Source: an uncultured Actinomycetota bacterium
GTDB lineage: Bacteria > Actinomycetota > Actinomycetes > Mycobacteriales > Pseudonocardiaceae
Direction of reading: 5' to 3'
DNA length: 64,000 nucleotides
Assembly (NCBI GenBank): GCA_963730945.1
Contig: CAVSTV010000006.1
Location: 25,612 to 89,611 of the forward strand
Shown: one piece after another, positions 19,343-29,270 of the stretch
Position numbering within the stretch: position 1 is the first letter of the stretch
How the letters are laid out: the number at the start of each line of letters is the position of its first letter
The notes under the pieces: model-generated
Told to the model about the DNA's origin: nothing
Seen by the model: only the letters and a program-made list of their open reading frames with translations
Database searches by the model: none
Position numbers and translations under genes: made by a program

Positions 19343-19780
19343 ATGGACACGACTTCGCTTGACCCGGACGAGATCGCCGTCCGCTCGGCCGACGCGATGC
19401 ACCGCGCCGACGTGGCCGGACGCGAGGCCGGGGTGCGGCTGCTGGACGTGGGCGCCGGGCGGGCCCTGGTCGGGCTCACCGTCGAGCCGCGGCACGTCAA
19501 CGGGCACGGCATCTGTCACGGCGGCTACCTGTTCCTGCTGGCCGACGCCGCGCTCGCCTACGCCAGCAACAGCTACGGCGTCTCGGCCGTCGCTGCCGGC
19601 GCCGACATCGCGTTCCTGCGCCCGGTGCTGCTGGGCGCCGAGGTCGAGGCGCAGGCCGTCGAGCGGGCCCGTTCCGGCCGGTCGGGCCTCTACGACGTCA
19701 CCGTCCGGGTGGGCGGCGAGGCGGTGGCCGAGTTCCGCGGCCGGACCCGGCAGGTCCCGGGGCTGGCCGCTCCGACCTGA
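19343..19780 (+). CDS. paaI: PaaI-family hot-dog thioesterase
   Basis: NGHGICHGGYLFLLADAALAYASNS, GRSGLYDVTV. Confidence 0.85.
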   Translation: MDTTSLDPDEIAVRSADAMHRADVAGREAGVRLLDVGAGRALVGLTVEPRHVNGHGICHGGYLFLLADAALAYASNSYGVSAVAAGADIAFLRPVLLGAEVEAQAVERARSGRSGLYDVTVRVGGEAVAEFRGRTRQVPGLAAPT

Positions 19781-19805
19781 GCGGATCGGCGTCGCGGAGC
19801 TCGAC

Positions 19806-21005
19806 TCAGGTGGACGGGGGCAGGAAAGCCGGGCGCTGGCTCGGGTCCGGCTCGTCGTAGTAGCGGTGGAAGACCCCGGTCAGGCTGCCGGACACCGGTG
19901 GCACGATCCAGCTCCAGTCCGCCGGGCAGTGCCGCCCGGCGTACTGCTCCCTGGCCACGTGCAGCAGGAACCGCTCGGACTCGGTGTGATGATCGGCCAT
20001 CGTCACCCCGGCCACGTCGAACGAGTGCTGCACCGCGTGCACCAGCTCGACCAGCGCCCGGTCCCGCCACATCGTGCGGTCCGATGCGGTGTCCAGCCCG
20101 AGCTCCCGCGCGATCACCGGGAGCAGGTTGTAGCGATCGGCGTCGGTGAGGTTGCGGGCCCCGATCTCGGTGCCGAGGTACCAACCGTTGAACGGGGTGG
20201 CCGGGTAGGTGACGCCGCCGATGACCAGCGGCATGTTGCTGATCGCCGGCACCGCGTGCCAGCGCAGCCGCAGCGCCGCGAACCACTCGTGATCGGGATG
20301 GATCAACGGCACCTCGAGCACCGCGTCCGGGGGCAGCTCGACGATCTCCGGTCCGGCCCCGCCGCGGGACACCAGCAGCGGCAGCACGTCGAACCGGCCC
20401 GGCGGATCGGGCCGGGACCAGCCCAGCTCGACGGCGCGGTCGGTGAGCTCGACGTAGCGGCGGTCGCCGCGCACGTCACCGGAGGGCAGGCTGTGTCCGG
20501 CGTAGCGGATCAGCTGGTCGTTGTGGATGCGCGGGCCGGGATGGTCCGGCCGGTCCGGCGCGAAGATCGTGATCGTCGACCTGATCCGGCCGCCGCGGGT
20601 GGCGTCGCGCAGGTGCTCGACGCATTCGGCACCGACCTCGGCCGGGGCGCCGACCTCGCGGCGATCCCGGATGCGCAGGCTGTTCCAGTACAGCCTGCCG
20701 ATGCAGCGGGCCGAGTTCCGCCAGGCGACCCTGGCCCCGAACGTCAGTTCCGCGGAGGTGTGGTGGTAGCAGCCGGTCCTGGCGATCTCGCCGCGGACCT
20801 GGGCGAGCCGGCTGCTGAGCGGCATCGGGGGCGAGGTCTCGGCGTAGAACTGGGTCAGGAACTCGGTGGCCGCTTCCGGGTCCACCGCGGCCGGTGCCGG
20901 TGGCGCGGCGTCGATGAGCGGTGCGGTGCTGTGGGCCGGGCAGCGAGCGGTCGGCATGTCCGTCGCGGGTGTGGCGGTGTTCTCGGGCGCAGAAAGTACC
21001 GTCAC
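19806..21005 (-). CDS. nos: Bacterial nitric oxide synthase, oxygenase domain only
   Basis: AWRNSARCIGRLYW heme-thiolate motif, NDQLIRYAG, PFNGWYLGTEIGARNL, DHHT, ADWSWIVPP. Confidence 0.95.
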   Translation of the reverse strand: MTVLSAPENTATPATDMPTARCPAHSTAPLIDAAPPAPAAVDPEAATEFLTQFYAETSPPMPLSSRLAQVRGEIARTGCYHHTSAELTFGARVAWRNSARCIGRLYWNSLRIRDRREVGAPAEVGAECVEHLRDATRGGRIRSTITIFAPDRPDHPGPRIHNDQLIRYAGHSLPSGDVRGDRRYVELTDRAVELGWSRPDPPGRFDVLPLLVSRGGAGPEIVELPPDAVLEVPLIHPDHEWFAALRLRWHAVPAISNMPLVIGGVTYPATPFNGWYLGTEIGARNLTDADRYNLLPVIARELGLDTASDRTMWRDRALVELVHAVQHSFDVAGVTMADHHTESERFLLHVAREQYAGRHCPADWSWIVPPVSGSLTGVFHRYYDEPDPSQRPAFLPPST

Positions 21006-21144
21006 ACGGCCTCCTTACGTCAGGTGGCCGGCAGCGAGCCGGCGGGGGATGCAGAACCCCGGTGCGGTGCTCGGCACCCGGTCCCGGACTGGTCTTCCTT
21101 TCCGTGGCGATCCCCCCGCCGCTGTCCGCTCCCTTTACTACACG

Positions 21145-21942
21145 TCACCTGGCGTGATCGGAAGATCGCGGAGCGATGTTACGGCGATAGAGGAGGTCCC
21201 GGACCGCACGGCCTTCCGAGCGGGCCCGCTGCTCGAACTTCGTCTCCGGCCGCCACGGCGGTCGCGGGGCCCATCGGTCGACGTCGTGAGCTGCGGCGTT
21301 GTCCAGCAGTGGCTCCGCGTCACAGACCGCGCGCATGTCGAGCGCGTAGTCCTCCCAGTCGGTGGCCAGATGCAGCGTTCCGCCACGCCGGAGACGACAC
21401 GCCGCCAGCGCCACGAACGTGGGTTGGATCAGGCGCCGCTTGTGATGGCGCCGCTTGGGCCAGGGATCGGGGAAGTAGACGCGGATGCCGGCCAGCGAGT
21501 CCGGCGGCACCCGCTCCCGCAACAGCGTGACCGCGTCGCCCCGGATCGGGATGACGTTGCGCAGCCCGGCGTCGGCGATGCGCATCAGCAGCTGGGCCAG
21601 CCCGGGCTCGAACACCTCGACCGCAAGATGATCGACGTCGGGGGCGGCCGCGGCCATCTCGACGGTCGACTCGCCCATCCCGGAGCCGATCTCCAGCACC
21701 AGCGGCGCGGTCCGGCCGAACCAGGCCGGCGGATCGAACGGGTCGGTGCCGGCCACCAGCTCGTCGACCTCGTGCCCGAGCTGCGGCCACCAGCGATCCC
21801 AGGCCCGCTGCTGACCCGCAGTCAGCCGGTTGCGCTGGTGGACGAAGCTCGGGATCGGCCTCGTGCTCGCCTGTTCCACCTCGGTCAACGCGATCCTGTC
21901 CTCTTCGCTCAGCTGCTGGTCGGAGCCCTCCCGACCACGCAT
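21145..21942 (-). CDS. trmB: tRNA (guanine46-N7)-methyltransferase
   Basis: LEIGSGMG, YFPDPWPKRRHHKRRL, HLATDWEDYA, TKFE. Confidence 0.95.
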   Translation of the reverse strand: MRGREGSDQQLSEEDRIALTEVEQASTRPIPSFVHQRNRLTAGQQRAWDRWWPQLGHEVDELVAGTDPFDPPAWFGRTAPLVLEIGSGMGESTVEMAAAAPDVDHLAVEVFEPGLAQLLMRIADAGLRNVIPIRGDAVTLLRERVPPDSLAGIRVYFPDPWPKRRHHKRRLIQPTFVALAACRLRRGGTLHLATDWEDYALDMRAVCDAEPLLDNAAAHDVDRWAPRPPWRPETKFEQRARSEGRAVRDLLYRRNIAPRSSDHAR

Positions 21943-22094
21943 TTCAGTATGGCTCGCGCGGAGCGGGCGGGTCCGGGCGGTCCGCCGTCGGCGAGCCGGC
22001 TCGGCCCGTCGGGCGAGCGGTCGTCACCGACCTGTGACCGGACATGGGTAGGGGTACGGATCCGGGCGCCGCGGCGGCCGGGGATTCTCTCGGC

Positions 22095-24623
22095 ATGAAC
22101 GTCGACAGCGCCGAGCAGTACGCCCGTCTCGTCGTCGAGCTGCGCCGGCTCGGGCAACGGTTGGACGGCATCGGCGACGAGCTGGAGCAGTTGCAGGCCG
22201 GAGCGGCCGGGGGCGACCCGTCGCGCGAGCCGCAGACCGGCTCGGTCCCCAACCCGGTGGGCCGGGCGTCGGCGGCCGGTGTGGTGGAGCCGGTGAGCGC
22301 ACCATCCGGTGCCCCGCACCCCGGCTCTCCGTATCCCGGCTCTCAGGGTCCCGGCAGGTCGTATCCCGGCTCTCCGCATCCCGGTGCTACGTCTTCCGGT
22401 GCCTCGTCTCCCGAGTCCCCGTATCCCGGTACTCCGTCTCCTTGGTTCCCGTATCCCGGTTCCGCACATCCCGGTTCGCCCTCCACCGGTTCGCAGTACG
22501 CCGATCATCCGTACGCCGGCGGTCCGTACCCGGATGGCCCGTACCCGGGTGGTCCGTACTCCGGAGCGCAGCAGCCCGGAGTCTCGTTCCCCGGCGGCCA
22601 CCTTCCGGGCGGCCAGGACGCCGCCGGCCCGGGTCCCGGTGGTCCCGTTCCCGGCGGCCCCGTTCCCGGCGGCCCGCCGATCGGGTGGGCGCCACCGCCG
22701 CTGGGCGGGTTCCGGCCACCGCCGTCCGCCGGCCCGCGCGGACCGTCGCGGCAGCCGCTGTTCAGCCCGCTCAGCCAGCTGTCCGGCGCCCGGCTGCTGG
22801 CCTGGGCCGGGGGCGCGGTCACGCTCGTCGGTGTCGTCCTGCTGCTCGTACTGGCCGCTTCCCGCGGCTGGTTCGCGCCGCCGGTACGGGTCGGTGGCGG
22901 CGCGGTGCTCGGGCTCGTGCTGGTCGGGCTCGGCGCGCGGCTGCACCGCAAGGAGAGCGCGCGGACCGGAGCCCTCGCGCTGGTCGCCACCGGCTTCGCC
23001 ACGCTGTACCTGGTGGTGGTCGCGGCCAACGCGATCTACGACTACCTGGACACCATCCCGGCCCTGCTGCTGGCGCTGCTGGTCGCGGGCGGCGGGCTCG
23101 GCCTCGCGGATCGGTGGCGCTCGCAGCTGCTCGGCGGCGGCGTCGTGGTGGGCGCGGCCGTGCTGGCGCCGTTCGTCAGCATCGACTGGCGACTGGTGGC
23201 CCTGGTGCTGGCCCTGCAGCTGGCGGCCCTGCCGGTGCTGCTGCGTCGGCGCTGGCCGGTGCTGATGTTGCTGGCGGCGGGCGGACCGGTGCTGTACGGA
23301 GCCGCGATCGGGCTGGCCGACGGCGACACGGCCGCGCCCACCACGATCGCCGTGGTGCTCGGCGTGCTCGCGGTCGGCCTCGGCACCGCGTCGCTGGCCA
23401 CCGGATCGTTGCCGAGCAAGCCGGTGGCGACGCTCGTGGCGGTCGCCGGGCTGCCCGCGATCGCGGCCGGCTCCACGCTCGGCGGCTGGATCGGGGCGGC
23501 GACCGCCGCGGGGGCGGCGGTGGCCCTCGGGCTGCTCGCGCTCCGCCCGGGAGCCGACCGGCTGATCAGCCCGGTGGCGGCGGCCGCGGCCGCGGTGGCG
23601 CTGTTCGCCGCGACCACGATCGCCTTCGACGGGACCGCGCTGACCTCGGTCGTGCTCGGCCAGGCCATCGTCGCCGCGGTCCTCGGGGCCGTGTTCCGGG
23701 CCCGGCTCCCGCTGATCGTGGGCATGCTCTACGCGACGTACGGGGTGCCGCGGGCGCTCGGCCGGGACGCTCCGCTGGTGGGGCTGATCCGGTTCCCGGA
23801 GTCTCCCTACCAGGGCCCCGACATGATCGATGCGCTGCTGACCGGGGCCGTGGTGTCGGCGCTGGTACTGGGTCTGGCGGTGGCCGTGCTGGTCGCCACC
23901 GGTCGGGTCGGGTGGGTCCGGCCGGACGCGCAGTCGGCCCGGCTGTGGGTGCTGATCGGGCTCGTCGGGCTCTACGGCGCCACCTCGCTGACGGTCACGC
24001 TCGCACTGCTGGTCTCGCCGGATCGGACCGGTTTCACCGCCGGACACGCCCTGGTGTCGGTGTCCTGGACGGTGATGGCGCTCGCCCTGCTGGCCCGCGG
24101 GATCAGCCGGTCCGCGCTGCGCATCACCGGGCTGGTGCTGGTCGCGGCGGCGGTGGCGAAGCTGGTGCTGTTCGACCTCGTCGCGCTGGACGGGATCGCC
24201 AGGGTGGCCGCGTTCCTCGGGGCCGGGCTGATCCTGCTGGCCGCGGGCACCCGGTACGCCAGGATGGTCGCCGAAGCCACGGCGCTGCCCACCGCGGCGA
24301 TCCCGCACACCGCGGCCCCGCACACCGCAGCCCCGCACACCGCAGCCCCGCACACCGCAGCCCCGCACACCGCAGCCCCGCACACCGCAGCCCCGCACAC
24401 CGCAGCCCCGCACACCGCAGCCCCGCACACCGCGGCCCCGCACACCGCAGCCCCGCACCTGGCGACCTCGGACCCGGCGGCGGGCCCCGCCCGGAACGCG
24501 GTCCCGACCGCGGCCCAGAACCCGGCCACCCCGTTCCCGGCCGGGCCGCCCGCACCGTCCGACCACCGCCGCCCCGGCCCGCCCGACGCGCACTCCTGGG
24601 GCCCGCTCGACGAGCGTCGCTGA
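22095..24623 (+). CDS. DUF2339-like multi-pass membrane protein with Pro-rich repeat termini (in-frame ATG also at 22044)
   Basis: RLLAWAGGAVTLVGVVLLL, AKLVLFDLVAL, RVAAFLGAGL; many TM segments. Confidence 0.75.
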   Translation: MNVDSAEQYARLVVELRRLGQRLDGIGDELEQLQAGAAGGDPSREPQTGSVPNPVGRASAAGVVEPVSAPSGAPHPGSPYPGSQGPGRSYPGSPHPGATSSGASSPESPYPGTPSPWFPYPGSAHPGSPSTGSQYADHPYAGGPYPDGPYPGGPYSGAQQPGVSFPGGHLPGGQDAAGPGPGGPVPGGPVPGGPPIGWAPPPLGGFRPPPSAGPRGPSRQPLFSPLSQLSGARLLAWAGGAVTLVGVVLLLVLAASRGWFAPPVRVGGGAVLGLVLVGLGARLHRKESARTGALALVATGFATLYLVVVAANAIYDYLDTIPALLLALLVAGGGLGLADRWRSQLLGGGVVVGAAVLAPFVSIDWRLVALVLALQLAALPVLLRRRWPVLMLLAAGGPVLYGAAIGLADGDTAAPTTIAVVLGVLAVGLGTASLATGSLPSKPVATLVAVAGLPAIAAGSTLGGWIGAATAAGAAVALGLLALRPGADRLISPVAAAAAAVALFAATTIAFDGTALTSVVLGQAIVAAVLGAVFRARLPLIVGMLYATYGVPRALGRDAPLVGLIRFPESPYQGPDMIDALLTGAVVSALVLGLAVAVLVATGRVGWVRPDAQSARLWVLIGLVGLYGATSLTVTLALLVSPDRTGFTAGHALVSVSWTVMALALLARGISRSALRITGLVLVAAAVAKLVLFDLVALDGIARVAAFLGAGLILLAAGTRYARMVAEATALPTAAIPHTAAPHTAAPHTAAPHTAAPHTAAPHTAAPHTAAPHTAAPHTAAPHTAAPHLATSDPAAGPARNAVPTAAQNPATPFPAGPPAPSDHRRPGPPDAHSWGPLDERR
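24303..24458 (+). repeat. 15-bp tandem repeat CCGCACACCGC(A/G)GCC, 10 full units plus a partial, encoding (PHTAA)10
   Basis: Counted directly; units differ only at one wobble base. Confidence 0.97.
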
Positions 24624-24734
24624 CCCTCACCCCGCCCGCACGACCGGCGGGTGCGAGGTGACCGGCGTTCGCGATCGCACCGGGATCCGCGCAAGCGCAC
24701 GCGCCGCCGCGACCGGTCGTGCCACCGTGCGGCC

Positions 24735-25556
24735 ATGCCGGAGCACCACGCGCCCGCTCGGGGCGGGCCCGACCGATACGCCGACGCCGTCCGGGCCCGC
24801 CGGGCGGAGCTGCGCGCCCAGCTGCGACGGCTGGGCGGCAGCCACCGCCACGAGTTGCGCGGTGCGCTTGCCCTGAGCCACGTGGTCACCGCGGCCGAGA
24901 CGGCCGCGGCGCTGGCCGCGCTCGGACGGGAGATCGGCCAGCACATCGACCACGCCGACTCGACGGCACGGCAGCGGGTACCGGCCACGTTCGCCGCGGC
25001 CCTCGACGACTGCGCCCGGTCGATGTCCGGCGGCTGGGCGGTGGCGTTGCGACCGGCGTTGCGCCGGATCGCCTCCGAGCGCTCGCTGCACGTGGACCCC
25101 GACTGGCCGCGCCTGCCCGCACCCCGACCGTTGTCGCTACCGGCGCCGCCACCACCGGTCCGAACGCTCGCGGCGGTGGGCACGGGGCTGGCGCACGGGG
25201 CCGCGCTGGGGCGGTTGCTGCTGGTCCCGCTGGTGGTGTTGCCGCTGTGCGGGCTGCCGCTGGTGGGCGGACCGGCGCTGGTCCCGCTGGCCGTCGGCGC
25301 CGCGATCACCGCGACCGCGCTCGCCACCCGGTCCCGTCGCGCCGCGGCCGACCGGTCTCGGCTGCGACGACACGTCGAGGCGGTCCTCGCGGCGGCCGGC
25401 ACCGCCCTCGACGCGGACCTGGGCCGACGGCTGATCGAGCTCGAGCACAGTGCGGGGGCAACTCTGGACGCCGCCGTGTCGCGGCGCCGCGCGGAGCTGG
25501 AGGCCGAGCTGGTGGAGCTGGCGCCCACCCGACCAGCGGCGGTGTCCGGTGGATGA
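24735..25556 (+). CDS. Hypothetical membrane protein, possibly Rv0210-like
   Basis: Two TM segments followed by RAAADRSRLRRHV; position in the trmB-pck block. Confidence 0.6.
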   Translation: MPEHHAPARGGPDRYADAVRARRAELRAQLRRLGGSHRHELRGALALSHVVTAAETAAALAALGREIGQHIDHADSTARQRVPATFAAALDDCARSMSGGWAVALRPALRRIASERSLHVDPDWPRLPAPRPLSLPAPPPPVRTLAAVGTGLAHGAALGRLLLVPLVVLPLCGLPLVGGPALVPLAVGAAITATALATRSRRAAADRSRLRRHVEAVLAAAGTALDADLGRRLIELEHSAGATLDAAVSRRRAELEAELVELAPTRPAAVSGG

Positions 25557-25857
25557 CCGCCGCCCCGCATCGATACCCGACGACGGGTTCGCGGACCCTC
25601 CGTTCGGATACCGGGCCGACGTCGCCACCGGCATCGACTCCGACGCCGACGGGCACCCGGACACCCTCGTCACCGACGACGGCATCGACCTCATCCTGCT
25701 CACCGACATCGACGGCGACCGCTTCGCCGACCGGGTGCTGCGCATCGGCCCGGACGGCGTGGTCCGGGAGGTCGGTTTCCGGTCCACCGACCGGCCCGTC
25801 GAGGCCGGCCGCGATTCGACCGACGACGACCCGCCGACCTGGGCGGATCCGGACTGA
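25549..25857 (+). CDS. Small acidic protein with DxDxDG repeats (DUF6802-like)
   Basis: IDSDADGHPDT and TDIDGDRFAD; GTG overlaps the upstream stop. Confidence 0.55.
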   Translation: MDDRRPASIPDDGFADPPFGYRADVATGIDSDADGHPDTLVTDDGIDLILLTDIDGDRFADRVLRIGPDGVVREVGFRSTDRPVEAGRDSTDDDPPTWADPD

Positions 25858-25946
25858 CCGGCTCGACCGCCGGTGTACCCGCCCGGCGGCGGCGACTCGC
25901 CGAGCCCACCGGGCACCACCCCGGCCGGCTGGCTTAGATTCCGCGG

Positions 25947-27459
25947 GTGTCCCTCGAGCGCATCGACCCCGAGTTCCGGGCCATCCCGCTCGCGCTGCTG
26001 GCCGACGCGGCCCTCGAGCCAGGCCCGCGAGCTGGGTGCCGAGCACGCCGACCTGCGGGTCGAACGGATCGTCTCGCAGTCGTTGCAGCTGCGCGACGGC
26101 CAGGTCATCGGCGTCGTCGACGCCACCACCGTCGGGCTCGCGGTGCGGGTGCTCGTCGAGGGGGTCTGGGGTTTCGCCTCGCACGTGGAGCTGACCGCGG
26201 ACCGGGCCGCGGCCGTGGCCGAGCACGCGGTCGCGGTGGCGCGCACGCTCACCCCGGTCGCGGTCGAGCGGGTGGATCGGGCCGCGGAACCGGTGCACGC
26301 CGACGCGGTCTGGGTGTCGCCGTACGCCGTCGACCCGTTCACCGTCCCGACCGGGGAGAAGGTCGAGTTGCTGACCGACTGGTCGCAGCGGCTGCTGGCG
26401 GCCGACGGCGTCGACCACGTGCGGGCCGCGGTGACGATGGTGCGCGAGAACAAGTTCTACGCCGACCTCGCGGGCACCAGCACCACCCAGCAGCGGGTTC
26501 GCATCGCGCCGACGCTCACCGCCATCGCCGTCGACCGGGCCGCCGGCGGCTTCGAGACGATGGATTCGCTGGCCCCGCCGTCCGGCCGCGGCTGGGAGTA
26601 CGTCACCGGCGACGGCTGGGACTTCGCCGGCGAGCTGGCGACGATCCCGGAGCTGCTGACCGAGAAGGCGAAGGCGCCCAGCGTCGCGGCCGGCCGCTAC
26701 GACCTGGTGATCGACCCGACCAACCTGTGGCTGACCATCCACGAGTCCGTCGGGCACGCCACCGAGTACGACCGCGCGATCGGCTACGAGGCCGCCTACG
26801 CGGGCACCAGCTTCGCCACTCCCGACCTGCTGGGCACGCTGCGCTACGGCTCCGAGCTGATGCACGTCACCGGCGACCGCACCCAGGAGCACGGCCTGGC
26901 CAGCACCGGGTTCGACGACGACGGCGTGGCCACCACCGAATGGGACCTGGTGCGGGACGGGATCCTGGTCGGCTACCAGCTCGACCGCACGTTCGCGCCG
27001 CGGCTGGGCCTGGACCGCAGCAACGGCTGCGCGTTCGCCGATTCCCCCCATCACGTGCCCATCCAGCGCATGGCCAACGTATCGCTGCGCCCCGACCCGG
27101 GCCGCGACACCAGCACCGACGAGCTGATCGCCGGCGTCGAGCGCGGCATCTACGTCGTCGGGGATAAGTCCTGGTCGATCGACATGCAGCGCTACAACTT
27201 CCAGTTCACCGGGCAGCGGTTCTACGCCATCGAGGGCGGTCGGCTCGCCGGGCAGCTGCGCGACGTCGCCTATCAGGCCACCACGACCGACTTCTGGGGC
27301 TCGCTCGACGGCCTCGGCGGCGCCTCCACCTGGATGCTGCAGGGTGCGATGAACTGCGGAAAGGCGCAGCCGGGACAGATCGCCGCGGTCAGCCACGGCT
27401 GCCCGTCCGCCCGGTTCCGCGGGGTGAGCGTGCTGAACACGCGGGAGGAGGGCCGGTGA
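25947..27459 (+). pseudogene. tldD: TldD-family metalloprotease, frameshifted near 26016
   Basis: Start reads MSLERIDPEFRAIPLALLADAAL, then continues in another frame as SQARELGAEHADLR; HESVGHATE metal motif; MNCGKAQPGQ C-terminal motif. Confidence 0.9.
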
Positions 27460-27544
27460 GCGAGCTTGCGAGCGAACCGATGTCACAGCGCCAGCGCGCT
27501 CAGCCGCTTCTCGATGGGCTGACCGAGCGCAGCGAGGGAATGCG
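27456..27544. repeat. Actinobacterial REP-like intergenic element
   Basis: GAGCGAGCTTGCGAGCGAACC...TCAGCC/GGCTGA hairpin...GACCGAGCGCAGCGAGGGA inserted between otherwise coupled tldD and pmbA. Confidence 0.6.
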
Positions 27545-28930
27545 ATGAGCACGCGGATGCGGGCGCAGGAGGTCGTGGAGCGCACGCTGGCGGCCGCGGC
27601 GGCGCTGCACGGCTGCGCGGTGCTGGTCAGCGAGTCGAGCGAGGCCGTGCTGCGCTGGGCGAACTCGACGATGACCACCAACGGGCACAGCACCTCGAGC
27701 TCGGTCACGGTGATCGCCTTCGTGGCCCTCGACGGCGGCACGGCGGCCGGGGTGGCCGCCAGCAGCGCGGCGGTCACCGACCCCGGCCAGCTGGAGGTGC
27801 TGGTGCGCCGCGCCGAGGCCGCGGCCCGTGATGCCGGGCCGGCCGAGGACGCGATGCCGCTGCCGGAGCCGACCGAGGCCGACCCGAGCTGGGACGACGA
27901 CGCCGGCGCCACCTCGATCGGCGTCTTCTCGGCGTTCGTCGAAGGGCTGGCCGAGGTGCTCGCCGGACCGCAGCGGCAGTACGGCTTCGCCACGCACAGC
28001 GTCACGACCAGCTGGCTCGGCACCTCCGCCGGGGTGCGCCGGCGTTGGGTGCAGCCGACCGGTTCGGTGGAACTCAACGCGAAGACCGCCGATCTGAGCA
28101 GCTCCGCGTGGGCCGGGGTGTCCACCATGGACTTCACCGACGTCGATGTGGTGGCGCTCGCGGCCTCAGCGGGGGCCCGGTTGGCCTGGGGGCAGCGCAA
28201 GATCGAGCTCCCGGCCGGGCGCTACGAGACGCTGCTACCCACCTCGGCCGTCGCCGATCTGATGCTCTTCCTGGCGTGGTCGATGGACGGCCGCCCGGCA
28301 CACGAGGGCCGCAGCGCGCTCGCCGGCCCGGACGGCCCGCGCACCGGCGAACGGCTCACCGAGCTACCACTCACGCTGACCTGCGATCCGGGCGCGCCGG
28401 GCCTGGAGTACCAGCCGTTCGTCTCGACCGCGTGGTCCGGCGACGGGATCAGCATCTTCGACAACGGAGCCCCGAGCCGCCGCGTGGACTGGGTGCGCGC
28501 CGGCGTGGTCAACGAGCTGGGCTACTCCCGGGCCGAGGCCGCCGAGTTCGGCACCACGTTCACCCCGATGGGCGGGAACCTGCTGCTCACCGGCGGTTCC
28601 CAGGCGAGCCTCGAGGATCTGGTCGGGCGCACCGAACGCGGCCTGCTGCTGACCTGCCTCTGGTACGTGCGCGAGGTCGACCCGGCCACCCTGCTGCTGA
28701 CCGGGCTGACCCGGGACGGGGTGTACCTCGTGGAGAAGGGCGAGGTCGTCGCCGAGGTGGACCACAACTTCCGCTTCAACTACTCCCCGCTCGACGTGCT
28801 GCGCCGCACCACCGAGGTCGGCGCCACCCGGCGCACCCTGCCTCGGGAGATGGACGGCTACACGCGGGCGGCGATGCCCCCGATGCGGGTGCCGGAGTTC
28901 AACATGTCGTCAGTGTCGCTGGGCCGTTAG
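27545..28930 (+). CDS. PmbA/TldE-like partner of TldD
   Basis: LRWANSTMTTNG, LPAGRYETLLP, GLLLTCLWYVREVDP, LLTGLTRDGVYLVE. Confidence 0.85.
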   Translation: MSTRMRAQEVVERTLAAAAALHGCAVLVSESSEAVLRWANSTMTTNGHSTSSSVTVIAFVALDGGTAAGVAASSAAVTDPGQLEVLVRRAEAAARDAGPAEDAMPLPEPTEADPSWDDDAGATSIGVFSAFVEGLAEVLAGPQRQYGFATHSVTTSWLGTSAGVRRRWVQPTGSVELNAKTADLSSSAWAGVSTMDFTDVDVVALAASAGARLAWGQRKIELPAGRYETLLPTSAVADLMLFLAWSMDGRPAHEGRSALAGPDGPRTGERLTELPLTLTCDPGAPGLEYQPFVSTAWSGDGISIFDNGAPSRRVDWVRAGVVNELGYSRAEAAEFGTTFTPMGGNLLLTGGSQASLEDLVGRTERGLLLTCLWYVREVDPATLLLTGLTRDGVYLVEKGEVVAEVDHNFRFNYSPLDVLRRTTEVGATRRTLPREMDGYTRAAMPPMRVPEFNMSSVSLGR

Positions 28931-29270
28931 CCCGCCGTTAGCCCTCGTCAGCCAGGTCGCCAGGGCCGTTGGGTTAGCGTTAGCCCGCCTTTGCGCGCGG
29001 CTTCGGTGATCGTTCCGAGCGGCACATGGTGGATCCGAGCAGGTCGTTCCTGTGACTCCCGCAATGATCAGTGCCGCCTGACGAGCCCGGCTGTCCTCGA
29101 CCCGGCATGGACACCCCGGTGTGGGCCGGGCCCACTCCCCCGCGACCGACACCGGGTCGCGTGGACTGCCGGGCTGTTGACTGTTGTTGCTCATGCTGGC
29201 GTCACTCCAGATGCGCGCGTCGTAGCGAGCGGCATCGTCACTGTGGCGGCCGGATCGTCCCGATGTCGCG

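Noticed and set aside
24303-24458. Possible CRISPR array
   Set aside because: Head-to-tail 15-bp units with no spacers, in frame inside a CDS, and no cas genes in the window.
25947-28930. TldD/PmbA as part of a RiPP cluster
   Set aside because: No precursor peptide, YcaO or other RiPP enzymes adjacent; the pair matches the housekeeping actinobacterial arrangement.
28925-28986. Repeated CGTTAGCCC motifs after pmbA as element ends or iterons
   Set aside because: Three short, irregularly spaced copies with no counterpart on the far side of the DUF222 module; too weak to call.
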